From NCBI GenBank assembly GCA_010405405.1, contig MU004239.1, positions 558,001 through 622,000 on the forward strand: DNA of 64,000 nt, given 5' to 3'. Source of the DNA: Microthyrium microscopicum. Its lineage: Eukaryota. Numbering within the stretch: position 1 is the first letter of the stretch; each line of letters starts with the position of its first letter. The notes beneath the pieces are model-generated. The model was not told the origin of the DNA and did not search any database. It was given only the letters and a program-made list of their open reading frames with translations. The translations under genes and the position numbers were made by a program. Positions 1-12,291 of this stretch are shown here, piece by piece.

Positions 1-58
1 CACTACAATTCTGGTAGCTTTGCAGTCAATTGCTCGATAATATATCGCGCGCGCCGTC

Positions 59-3000
59 ATGGTACAGGCCAAGGTACGCGGCCAAAAACGGCCTTTTGTT
101 GCCACTAGCGACACAGACAGTATTGGCACCGACTTTACTGCTACCACTTACTACTCTACAAAAGAATATCAGGTCGATCAAATTCTCGCAGAGAAGACAC
201 TCGATAATGGGAAGCAACAGTACTTGATTCAATGGGATGGCTACGATCTTACTCGTGCAACATGGGAGCCAAGCGAAGGCATTCCAACTGCTTCCAAGTT
301 TGCCTGGTCCCGTCGTAAAAAAGACATACGGAACAATCTCAAAGATCCCTTCAATGTTCAGAAATGGGAGCAGGAAAATGAGGAAGCTGCCATCACCAAA
401 ATGAAACGCCGCCTAAAGAAGAGGAAATCCAGAAATCTCCCACTGCATTCAGAGTTGGCAAAAGTCAGAGAGCACCTCGCGAACGATGAGCTTAAGCTGT
501 ATCTGCATCCCAAAGAAATCGAAGAATGGCTTAAAACGCTCCCAGGACAGAATGACCCCGCCGAAGATAGTGATACGAGCGATGATATTCCACTTGCCCA
601 GCGAAAACGAGGTATAGCTCATGTTATCAAAAAGTCAAAGAATATAGACGAATCCTCGCCTCAAAATATTCGCCTGTCTGTCGGTTCGGCGCATCATGCA
701 GAAGCCCAACCTTTGTTTGTGGACAATGTTTCATCCGACGACGAAACTCCTCTAGCGCAACGAAGGTTAAGACATTCCACAACCTCGCTAGCTGTCATTA
801 ATACACGAAGGTCGTCCTTACCCGTCACTTCTCTGGCGCCTAAACCAGGCGGCGAAAAACCAACTGTCAAGAGATCTAGCACTATGGCAGGGCTGCCTTC
901 GACTACAGCTCTGAAAGCCGCTTCGACTGTTGCCTCTGCAAGCCGGATTGAAACTATCAAATCCATCAAGTCTAGCGATAGCAACAAGAAGGTCACGGCG
1001 CGCAAGTCGAGGCCCATCAAAGCCTCAGTGTTCTTGAAGCCGGAGCGCAAGAAGAGGGCCCCGGCGACTACACCTAGCATTCATGCCTTTAAAACCTTGA
1101 GCCATGAAAACAACATGAGAAAAAAACAGAAACTCCGGGCCGAAGAAGCTCCTCCGGCCCATATGTTGACTTTCTTCGAGCCTGCCACGAACGAAATCAT
1201 ACAGCATGCCCAAGCTCCTCCCCTTATAATTCCCCCGACCGGCTCTTTACAACCGGTTGGCTCAACTATCAACTCTCCACCAACTGACCCGCTCTCCTCG
1301 AAAGTTATTTCTCCGATATCTCGACAATTGGCATCGACGCAATTGTCACCCGTGATCAAGCCCTCAACTCTACCGACATCTCCTGAGCAGCATCGTCAAC
1401 CTCCTGGCTTTATCCCGCTTGCATGCCCATATGTCGCAGACAAGGAGCCTTGCACTAGAGGTTCAGGATGCTTTTTCCGTCATAACCGCGCCGAAACCAA
1501 CAAAGTTGCCTCTAGAGTTCTCTTTTATCAAGCAGAAGCAGAAAGCCAGAAACGAGGAACGTTCGAATTCAAATTTGGGTTCTTCAAAGCAACCAAGATA
1601 TGTTCTTTTTGGTTGAAACACGGGTACGCATACGACTTTCGATGTGCAATCATTTCCCTAGTTAATACTAATCATAATGATTCTAGTTCCTGCAAAAACT
1701 CAGATGAAGTCTGCTGGTATGCTCATTGGAAGCCCGAGACAACGGTCAACACAGAACTCGCAAAAAACCCTTTGGCTTGCCCTTACTTCAGATCTAGTGG
1801 AGGCTGCAGAAAGCCAGAATGGCAGTGTGAGTATAAACACACACTAGAAGGGCCAGCAGCGCCGTTCGTAGGCAACCAGATGCAGCGTGCGTCGACTTGT
1901 TGGTTCTGGTGGCACCATCCGAAAGGCTGCAATAAAGGCGACAAGTGTACTTTTGCTCATGCAGATCAGTAAGTTGACTCTCTCCATGTATCCATGAAAC
2001 TTTTCTTCTGTAGAAATCCTGTTCTATCACAATGAGGTGCAATAGGATCTATTGTGCCATGGAACATTGGCAAACACTACAATCACTATGCTCTTTGAAT
2101 ACTGACACATTTCCAGCGGTGAACCTCCCCAGACCCCTGGAGCCAGGCTTCCGCCGGGCTTCAATAAATCCATTCGCGGTGGTGGTATCAATGATTTGAG
2201 CGGAAGAACCGATCTGTCAGGATATGAACCATCCAATTCTCCAATTCAAGGAATGGATAATGGCATAGCTGCCAGAAATACACCCGCATATCCAGGATTC
2301 GGAAATGGCTTTGCAAGTGCTGCTAGAAATGACGCCTTCGTCCCGAGCTCAGATGAACCATACTCGCCCGTTGATCCTGGTCCATTTGTTCACCCTGACC
2401 GACAAAATAGGATGCCTGGGCTGGGAGAAACGCAAGTCAAGACCGAGAACAATGGTCTAAACACTCGCGACTTGGATCAAATCACTTCCTTGCTTGAGGA
2501 TCCGGTTGTGGAGGATACACATAGGGAGAGCAAAAGTCATGCTTTGACGACCGTGGTAATGAGGCCCCCTCCTCAACAGGGTGGCCAAAGTCAGCCAGGT
2601 CAAAAGGCTACGGACCCTCGATTAAGAGGCCGTGATGTGGCTGTTGCAGTCCCCAATTATACAAGTGAAGAGCTTAGGCTCTTTAATAGCTTGTTTCCTG
2701 TGGACCTTAACCCTCCTGCGGGATTTTTCAAGGCCTACACTCGAGAATTAAACAAGGTAGTCTATATTGAGACAGACACTACGACTACTAGTACGGTGTC
2801 AGTCACATCCCTCAAAGATGAGCTTGCCGCTGGCAGGTGTACTACTCAATCTCTAAACTCGGCGCTTATCCGTTACTTTCGAAGCCACCAAGGCATCGTA
2901 GTTTACACGGACTGGAAGTTATTCATCAAAGCTACAATGCCGTACAAAGGATGCGGTGTTATCATAATCAACCAGTCTACAGACATGGTTCTTTTCGTCA

Positions 3001-3616
3001 TGAAAGAAGATCTTCGCAATTGTTTACGGAACAAGTACAATTTCTTCCAGATCGGACCAGAGCTTAACGCACCTCAACTAGCTTGTGATAAGCTGTTTAG
3101 CCAAGGTAGAATTGTACTCCTTTCCAATCTTATCTACGAAAAGCATCCAGACATGGCCCTTTTGATTCTATCGTCAATACATGAAAGATGGCACAATTAC
3201 CCTGAGCGCACCTGGAAGCTTTACGCTCAATTAGACGTTATTGCTTTAGCTGAACTTGGTTTCGCTTCTCCAAAGTACGTATTTCTACGAGCAAAAGGAG
3301 TAGCCAATTCCAACTAATCTGGCCGTATAGTTTTTCCAAATTATCAGATTGCGCAACGAAGCTTGATGATACCAATAAAGAGGAGCTTGGCGAAGGCCCA
3401 CTTGTCGTCTCCAGTGCAGGAGACGAGTCAAAGTCTTGCACTCAGCTTAGCGACGAATTCGCTTTTTGGGCTAAGGATCACGGCACAATGGCGCGGTGGT
3501 TCATCTTTGTATATGATGACGAGGAAGAAAAGGAAGTTGAGGGCATGAAGACGGGCTTTCAACATATCTTATTTGAACCGGTTTCTACCATTACACAACG
3601 ATTGTCCTGGAAGTAG
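59..3616 (+). CDS. Chromodomain protein with four CCCH zinc fingers and a Chp1-like C-terminal region (~1096 aa)
   Basis: N-terminal chromodomain EYQVDQILAE...YLIQWDGY...TWEP with the aromatic-cage residues present, followed by four CCCH fingers. Introns 1624-1686, 1969-2116 and 3275-3330 (GT..AG with CTAAT/CTGAC branch sites) join ORFs 59..1972 and 2196..3317 and a last exon ending TAG at 3616; the spliced length is divisible by 3. The Chp1-like C-terminal call is tentative. Confidence 0.8.
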
Positions 3617-4028
3617 TAAATTCCAGGACAGACAAGGCATCTTCCACAGCAGCATTAGGCATTCAGAAGCCTGGCCGGCTCCTAATCGCGGCATTGCTGA
3701 TTTTCTGCCGAATATGGGGCGAAAACATGAAGGAAGGCTATGCTATATCATCGGGAGGTTATTCTGACTTTACCTTGTTCGCTTAAAGCATGCACGATAC
3801 CCCTGAAGCGTATATTCATAGAGTATGTTTGGAACTATCTCAAACATACACATTGGAGAAACCAGTGTGCCATAGTAGAGCATGCAAGATATCAATTCTA
3901 ATGACATGCTTATCAAGACAGCCTGTCGATCTACCCTAGAGCCACGGCCATGAATAATCGTCCCTACTTGGCTAGCACCACCAAACCTAAGCAATAATCA
4001 TACAAATACTATCCAATCCAAGCATCAC

Positions 4029-6338
4029 TCAATCCTCCTCACTAAACTCATCCTCATCCATCGCAGTATTCATAATACCAACACCACCCTCTCCTTCTCC
4101 CTCGCCTTCAATATCACCATCCGCCTCCTCTTCATCAACATCCATCTCATCACCCTGCTGCATCTCCAACTCCTCCCTCGCCCGTCGCCGCATCTGCCGT
4201 CTCTTGACTTCTCCCAACTCACTCGCTCCCCCGCCATTCTCCTGCCGATCCAGCCGTCTCCGCACGCGCGCAAACGCTCTCGCAATCTGCGCGTGTTCAG
4301 CACCATAGTCCGGCATCTCATACGCGAGCTGCTTGAACCCAGCCAGACTAACGCCCAGCCCAGCAGCACCCGCACGTCCGGCGCCAGTCATATGTGCTTC
4401 TTCATCGCTATCCCAGCCATCTGGCAGCTTACGCAGACGTTTCCAGGCGCGTGCGGCAGCACTGCCTGGGCTGCGCGCTAGACGCCGCGACGCACGGATA
4501 CGGTCGGCGCGCAGACCGCGGTCGAGAATGTGGGTGACTCGCTGCTTGCGGAAGTTTTCGAGCGCGAGTTGGTGGGATGTTGGTGGGCGGGAGCGTTTGC
4601 CGTTGCCTGAGAGGGAGGGTGGCTCGCCGGACATTGGGACGAAGAAGGTGGCTGGTGGTTGATCGACGCCGTTGGTGACAGGGGTGCCTTTGATGGCGGA
4701 ACTGCGTAGAGGGTCGCCGTTGGCATCTACGCGATTTCGGCGCCAGTTGCCGCGGCCTGGTCCCTTAGGTGCTGGCACGGGGGTTGATGTGGCGGATTCG
4801 TTGAGGAGGGCGTTGAGACGGATTTTACTACCGCTGGGTTGGATGGAGGGCGAGGCAGAGCGGGTTTGGTCACTATCCGAACCGCAGTCTGCTGCGGCCT
4901 GTTTTGCGCGGAGTGGTTTGTTGCCCCGATGGGAACGGGAGACGGAAGCACCTGGAGATGCATTTTCCTGGGTTGGTGAACCTGTGTCATCATTGCCATG
5001 GTTGTTGGTGTTGACGTGGAATACTGGGTTTTGCGGATACACTGTATATAGTTAGCACATGAAGTCCTATACTCTGGACAAAGTAGGACTCACTCTTGGA
5101 CTTTTGAACATTGAATCGTTTGGGGCCAGAAAAGAGCGGCGTAACCTCCCCATTAATAATAGCTGATCGTTCTTGCTGCTTTCTCTTGCCAAACTCAAGC
5201 TCGTCTTCGGTGTCGACGTTCTCCTTCAAGGCGTCTTCATCTGTAAGGAATTCGAACTGCGGGCACTTGAGAGGTAGATCCTCATCGCTTGCGTCGCGAC
5301 TACGACGTCCAGGTCCATAAGGATTGTTCTCAGCATCCTTCAGGGAGAAGTCACTTTCCAGATACCACCACATTAGCCACAGGAATGCTTTGGCGCGGCT
5401 CTTGCTGCTGAGCTGCTCTTTCATGACTAGGTCGAAAAAGTCTCGTGGGACATCGAAATGGGTCTCGGAAATCTTTGGGGCTTGCTGTGCCAGAACAAAA
5501 ATCAGATTGACTGGATTTGTTCGCGGGATAGATGCCGCTTTGATGTCTTCGATTGTTCCTGGTTGCTCCACATCTTCCGTTGCGCCTTTCAAGATTGACT
5601 TTAGTCTCGGAGCGTCTTGGAGCTGTTTGTATGCATTTGCGTCCTGATGAGCTTGCAGTGACGGTATAGAATGATATGTCCGTAATTGTGCTCTCATTTC
5701 TGGGAAGACTGGCAAGAGTTAGCTAAGGGAGTTTGGATGCTAAAATACCACATACAATTTAGTGTTGTGTTCATTCGGCCAACATTGACCAGCAAGCAGA
5801 CCATGGCCATATTCACCCCGGCAGGCCTATCGCTAAGAAGCTTGTCCTTTAGAATCTTGCTGCATTTGCTGCTTTTTGCCATGGCATCCAGATAAATGTC
5901 GGCAAATGTGTTGTTGAAAGAGCCGTCGGAAGCCTTGTGAAATACTTCCTGCTTATCCTCAAAAACTTCTTTGAGAAAGTCAAATTGGATATCCTTTCGC
6001 CACAGCGGTACACCATCCTCTTTCTTCAGGTGTCTTATCTTGTTTCCAGAATAAACGGACGAGACGCTGCCATTGGCGTTGCGGCGAGTAGTAGTAGTAG
6101 TCGCAGTATACTGAGGCGCTGTTTCATCATTGCTAGCGGATTTTGCAGATTTTGGCTTGGATTGGGAGTCTTGACCATCTTCCGACTTGATGTTAGAGGC
6201 TGGGATGGTAGCATCGGAGCCATCTTCGTCTCCTTGTTCGGCTTGCTCAGCTTGCGCATCAGATGGTGCCGTTGGTTCATCATCGAGGACGTGTTTGAGC
6301 GAGCCTCTATCGTCGACAGCAGGCGGTGATGCCACCAT
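4029..6338 (-). CDS. IES1: INO80 chromatin-remodelling complex subunit Ies1 (~736 aa)
   Basis: Conserved blocks KIRHLKKEDGVPLWRKDIQFDFL, LLVNVGRMNTTLNFFPEMRAQLRTYHSIPSLQ, KQLQDAPRLKSILKG and FLWLMWWYLE. Introns 5709-5755 and 5042-5093 on the minus strand. Confidence 0.9.
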
Positions 6339-7343
6339 GATGAGCGATGAGTGCTTATGATGGCTGTGATGGTTTCGGCGTTAAAGTTGGAAGAAGGAGA
6401 GGCAGGGCGGAATTGGTAGGACTGTTGGGAAAGCTAGAGGTAATAGTGGTATCAAAGGGATTGGCGACCAAAGGTGAGAGTGCGGGGAAAGGGATGGCTA
6501 GGCATCTCGGGTTGGTGATAGGAATATCAGACAGGTGGCAGGGAGGATAGGATTTAATTGGATGTTACAGTGGGGAGGGGCTCCTGGAAGGTTGAGTCTC
6601 CTGCCATTTCCTTCTCCAGATTCCGCGACATGATCTGGCATCACCAGGCAATCAGGCATCACCAGGCTACCATGTTAACATTGAAAAACAGGCCCACCAA
6701 GGCACCAAGGCGTAAAAGTTCGACGCGACTGACTGGACGCGTCGCGTTTCTTCTTAGTCAGCAGGATAATATACCAAAAAGGCGATGTCTCTCATGAATG
6801 AGTTTGTTCGTATATTTTTTTTCCAAGGTACCTTCCATTTCGTTGGTTGCCTTCAACTTCTGTTATTGAAACGAATACAACACGAAATCCATATTCATAA
6901 TCAGGTGCACCCACTAATCTCTCTTACGGCAGTACCATAACTTTAGCATTAACCCTTCACAATATAGGAGGTACATCAACACGATGAAGAGGTTTTAGAC
7001 AAGGTCTGCGATCAGACTGGAGATAGTGTTATGATTGACATTCAATCCTCCACTTATCCAAAAAACTTGGAAGGCTGTGTGATCCATTCAATGTTGCTCA
7101 CTATGAATAAGAAAGAATTTGCGGGAGTAAATGGAACGAATTGGCCCGACGTCGGAATTCACATGCCGGAATGTCATTAGGCTTGGTATCTTTTTTTCAC
7201 CGCCAAAATTCATTGAAAACCATGTCGCATATATCCCTATTTTCTTGTTTATTTCCACTCCTTCTACATCCACCTACAAAGTTCCGATTTCTGGCAGACC
7301 ACCTTCTCTTCATCGTTCTTACAAAGCAATCAGAATCTTGACA

Positions 7344-8342
7344 ATGGCTATAGTTTCAGTACCTCCGACAATAGTGTCGGAGCAGGCTACTTCTTTCATT
7401 GCGACCATCTTCGCCCGTGCTTTACCTGGTCTCACAGACACGTGCATTGCCGACTTTATCTCACGCCTTCAATCCAGTATACCAGATGCCACCGCCACCT
7501 ACCGTCTGCTAGATGCTTCTGCCACGGCCCCCACGGTCGCCGAGCTAAAATTCACTACCTCTCATCCGATTCCCCTGAAAGAGGTTCGCAATCTCGCATT
7601 TATTGCGGCGTTTGAAGAAGTCTACCATGCTCAGGTCGCTATCCAGCTCGACAATGTTCATCGACGTCACAAACGCTTGGCTGTGTTTGACATGGACAGT
7701 ACCTTGATTCAACAAGAAGTCATTGATGAAATTGCGCGCAAAATTGGAGTTGAAGATCAGGTCTCCGAGATCACTGAAAGAGCAATGAATGGCGAATTGG
7801 ACTTTGCCGCTTCACTACGGGCCCGTTGTGCGCTTTTACAGGGTGTATCCAGTTCAGTCTTTGAAGAACTGAAACAAGTCATTACTCTGAGCCCAGGAGC
7901 CGGGCAGCTTGTGAAAGCTTTCAAGAGATTAGGTTACAAAACAGCTGTGCTCAGTGGCGGATTTTTACCTTTGACATCTTGGCAAGCGCAGCAGCTCGGA
8001 CTGGACTATGCACACGCCAATCACCTCGTTGTCAGTGACGATGGCAAAACCCTCACTGGACAGCTTACTGGAGCCATTGTGGATGCCCAGAAGAAGGCAG
8101 AACTCGTTCGTGAGATTGCCAAAGAAAATGGCATTGCTCTTGATCAAGTCATAGCCATTGGTGACGGAGCCAATGATCTTCCCATGATGTGGACCGCTGG
8201 ACTGGGAGTGGCCTTCAATGCCAAAGCTCGGGTTCAACAACAAGCCCCGGTTAAGCTTAATTCAGGCTCTCTGGTAGATGTACTCTTCCTTCTCGGCCTT
8301 AACAAATCAGATCAAGACCAGCTTCTGTCAGAAGAGATCTAG
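7344..8342 (+). CDS. SER2: Phosphoserine phosphatase (HAD family, SerB-type)
   Basis: HAD motif I VFDMDSTLIQQEVIDEIA, plus ITERAMNGELDF, VLSGGF and GDGANDLPM. Single exon. Start placed at ATG 7344 (context ACAATGG) rather than the ORF start at 7131. Confidence 0.93.
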   Translation: MAIVSVPPTIVSEQATSFIATIFARALPGLTDTCIADFISRLQSSIPDATATYRLLDASATAPTVAELKFTTSHPIPLKEVRNLAFIAAFEEVYHAQVAIQLDNVHRRHKRLAVFDMDSTLIQQEVIDEIARKIGVEDQVSEITERAMNGELDFAASLRARCALLQGVSSSVFEELKQVITLSPGAGQLVKAFKRLGYKTAVLSGGFLPLTSWQAQQLGLDYAHANHLVVSDDGKTLTGQLTGAIVDAQKKAELVREIAKENGIALDQVIAIGDGANDLPMMWTAGLGVAFNAKARVQQQAPVKLNSGSLVDVLFLLGLNKSDQDQLLSEEI

Positions 8343-9191
8343 GGCTCAAGGGACCAGCTTCCGAAGATATCTGAATAGACTATAGTGTCTGAACAATCGG
8401 CCGGGTAGATTCAAACCTTGCAATCTACCAATCACAATTTTATCGAGGAGAAGAGGTACATTCAACAGGACCACAGCTGCCATCAAGTTTCTGCAGCTCC
8501 TATGCTTCAATAGAATGGATGAAATTCGAAGGCGACCTGAAAAGTACCTCAGGAAGTGATAAAAGAATTACATCTGATCCAATCATTCTTGACTTTTGTT
8601 AGACTAACCAAGACAAAGATGGCAGTGGAGTACCTACAAGCTCAAATTAGCTGGTTCAAGCACATCAAACGAGATTAGATGCATCTCCATTGTGAGTTGT
8701 AGGACGATCACCTTCTGGAATCTGGACAGACTTCTGTGGACCAGTCCGTGATTGGACTAGATCAGATCGTAACCTCGTAAGTGCTCTGTTTGTAAAGCTA
8801 AGGAAATACTAAATGTCTAAGATAAGTAGAGAAAAGGTTCCACGTTCTAGACTAGAGCAGGGTTATATAATACATTTGTTTGGCATATACATTGGATGCC
8901 CTCACGCCCTCTTTCTCCACCCGAGGCCCTTGCCGAACCAGCTGCCTCATGGTATTCTTGCCAGGCTGCCAGCGATGAATGACAGCCAATCCCACAAAAA
9001 ATATTGATATTAATCATTTACGATCTCAGTGGTAATTCCACAGCGCCCAGGCTTTTCACCTGAAAGTCTTCCAAGGGTCTGTATAAGATGGCTAGCAGCC
9101 GCCAGTCCATGTTGTTCTAACCACCTTGTGCATCAACTTTCGCTACAACTTCCGCTCCTTTATTAGTACTTGTCGACTATCTAGTAGCATC

Positions 9192-10536
9192 ATGAAGTCA
9201 ATCGCTGTGAGTGCCGTGCTGGCGGCTTCGTCCGTCCAGGGCTATCTCATTCCACCAAACACCCATAAGATCGACTGGAGACTTGAGCAAAAGCGACAAA
9301 TTGTTGGTACCATCACCAACTTACTGGGTATGTAGAGATAGCTTCTCACCACATGGATGAATGTTTCCTAACGTACTACTAGGCAAGGGTGGCAAGGTTG
9401 CCGATCCAGCTGGATTTGCCCCAAAGCGTGTGGTTATGGAGACAACATCAAAGGTCGCTGGTGTCAAGCGGATAAAGATGAGATACGGACCATACATGGT
9501 CCCCAACATGAACAAGACCTCGCTCGTCGGTGAATCTGGTATGCTCTGGAATTACCCCGATCTCGCCATCCCAAAGCCATGCACGGAATGCACCATCGTA
9601 GCCCAAGTAGCCGGCCTCGAGTACCCAGACGGCAAGAACGCCAACATCAACACCGGCATGTGGCTCCATCACATGGTCCAACTCGCCATCGGACCAGGTC
9701 GTTGGGATCCCACCTGCTACGGACGTATGTCACTTCCTCACTTTGACGTCAACGCCTCTCCCTCAAACTCTGAGCGATACTTCTCGTCCGGCAACGAGCG
9801 CACGCTCGTCCCGCTCGACATTCTCGGCACCAGCACCAACTGGGGATACCACGTCAAGTCCACCGACAAGTTCGGTTTCATCGTTGACTTGATGAACATG
9901 AACATGGAAGACAAGACCGTCTACCTAACCATGACCTACGACATTGTCGACGGCCCGCTGCCCGCTGGCTGGAAAGACGTCAAGGTCGTCTGGTTCGACG
10001 CCAACCAGTGCGGTACCTCCGAAGTCATGCCACCCAAGCAGTCCGGCTCCTTCACCATCACCTCTGGAAAGTGGGTACCCAACTTCGAGGGCGAGCCACT
10101 TGGAATTGGCGCACATTTGCACGATGGTGGTGCATCCGCTGAAGTCATGTACGGACCAGGCAAATCCTTCTGCAAGTCCAACGCCGCCTACGCCGAGAAG
10201 CCAGAATACATCGCCGGCTCCCACGCAATGGCAAACGCACAACCCGGTGGCCACGCACACGGAGTCGCCTCCAAGCATATTTCTTCAATGACTGTGTGCT
10301 TCACAGATGGCAAGGGAGGTGGAATCCCAGTCCAGAAGCTATCCAAGGACCAATCGTGGTTCATCCAAGGCCGCTACGACTACGATGCCAACGAGGGTAA
10401 CAAGAACGGTGGTGGAACTCAAGATGAGGTCATGGCCATTGCGCTCATGTACGTCAAGGTTGAGCCAGGTGTCAAGCCAGCCTCCAAGACTCCAGTGACT
10501 GTATCGCAACCCGTCATCAAGATGATCTCCGAATAG
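9192..10536 (+). CDS. Secreted protein, SURNod19 / copper type II monooxygenase (PHM-like) motif pattern (~429 aa)
   Basis: Signal peptide MKSIAVSAVLAASSVQG and a KR dibasic site. Intron 9328-9382. Motifs WLHHMV, FSSGNERT, GAHLHDGG, HISSMTVC and DEVMAIALMY. Strong C-ending codon bias. The gene model is well supported; the family assignment is inferred from motifs. Confidence 0.8.
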
Positions 10537-10990
10537 ACGCACATAGCACATGTTCTTTCTTTGTATATATATCTTTTCATAGTTTCGCCTATGGCGCCAT
10601 GCTCAAATTTGAAGCCTTTTTGTTCATCCTCATATCTGCTGGCTCATGTTACTTGATGTGAGAAACACTGTCGAATTTGTGTATAGCTCGCATTCGGGCC
10701 ACACTCAGACCAAAATCGCATAGGCATAATTTTGGTATATTCAAACGTTCCATTGTATACGGCCGTAAACAATCTTAAATACTACCACATATAGCCTTGC
10801 AGAAAATAGGTCCGACCCAAGTATATTGATAGACCTTAAAGCATGCCGTTACACAGGCCCCACCGTATATAACTAGCATTCCCTGCTGCAGATCGATCAA
10901 ATGGGGACGTTCGCTATTGGTCCACCTCATTAGGAATCGTGAATCCTCTCATAAATGACTGTAATGACAACTCACTCCTGAAGTGGTGTC

Positions 10991-12291
10991 ATGGCTACAT
11001 CTAATGAAGGCTCCGAAGACGACCTTTCCGGCGGCTGTTATCCCATTCATATCAAAGATATCCTCAACAATCAATACCAAATCACACGTAAACTAGGCGA
11101 TGGTGGATCTTCGACTGTATGGCTAGCGTTAGACATCAAGTGCGCAATCCACCACACCATCACTCTGGTGTTATCAAACGCTAACCAGCTAGATTCCGAC
11201 GCCACGTCGCGGTGAAGATTATAGTTGCAAGTAAAGCAGATAGAGCGGCCGACGAGATAGCCATGTACGAACACCTTTGCCAGTCAGTTCCTTCGGCGTA
11301 CAGTGTCTATGTGACAGAGCTTCTGGATTCTTTCCAACTTCAACGACCTGATGGCATCTACCACTGCCTGGTATTGGAGGCTATGGGACCGGATGTAGAT
11401 GACATGTTGGAGTATCATCCATCTCTTGTATCAGCTGCAAGCACTCATTATCCAATATGGATGGTGAAAAGCATACTGAAACAGGTCTTGCAAAGTTTGG
11501 CATTTCTTCACAAGCATGGCATCGTGCATGGTGATGTCCAACCTGGCAATGTGCTATTCAGCGTTCCTAGCTTTCCAAATTGCGCTACAGAAGAGCTAGA
11601 GCAGTTCGCAAACGACAGCAAAGATATTTCACCGTCTGTGCCGAAAGTTGATGACAACACTGATGAGAATCATGTAGCAGAGGCTCGATCACTGGGTGAA
11701 TATGTGAGTTTAGAGCCTGGGTTCACGGTCAAGTTGGCGGATATAGGCAGCGGTACGTTCATACACACGGGTGTTTTCTTATCGCATCAGTTTTCATCCC
11801 GGTTCTTCGTACAGAACATTCTAACACAAATAGCGTTCTTGATGAACAACCCTCCCAAAAAAGCATACACGCCCTTGGACTTGCGGTCCCCAGAACTCAT
11901 ACTGAAGAATCAACTTGACGAGAAACTCGATATCTGGAGCTTCGGCTGTCTCTTCTTTGAAATCATGACTGGCAAAGCGCTGTTTTCTCCCCCATTGGTT
12001 GGTGCTGAAGCAGAACATCGGGATAATGAACATCTCTGGCAGATGCATGACAGACTTGGATTTTTTTCGCGAGACATGGTTCTTGGGGAGATGAAGCATA
12101 TCTCTGGGGGAGATGATGTGCCCTCTGCAATGTCGTTGGAAAGCAAGTTCAATTCTTTGAAGCCGATGGACTGCTCAGAGACAGAGGCGAGTAGAATCAC
12201 GAATTTGATGCGGCGAATCTTGCAGTATGATCCTACTAAACGTCCAACGGCCTCCGAGATCCTAGGAGACGTGTGGTTTGCAGGTGAATAA
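10991..12291 (+). CDS. SRPK-like (CMGC) serine/threonine protein kinase (~388 aa)
   Basis: Motifs KLGDGGSSTVWLALD, HVAVKI, HGDVQPGN, KLADIGSA, LRSPE, DIWSFGCL and YDPTKRPTASEIL. Introns 11140-11192 and 11753-11833. Confidence 0.88.

Noticed and set aside
6637..6667. 13-bp direct repeat GGCATCACCAGGC
   Set aside because: Only two copies; consistent with a local duplication and no function is supportable.
7131..7343. N-terminal 71-codon extension of the SER2 ORF
   Set aside because: T-rich, promoter/UTR-like sequence with an implausible translation; ATG 7344 has the better context.
8400..8790. Possible decayed coding sequence downstream of SER2
   Set aside because: Only short open stretches, with no recognisable family.
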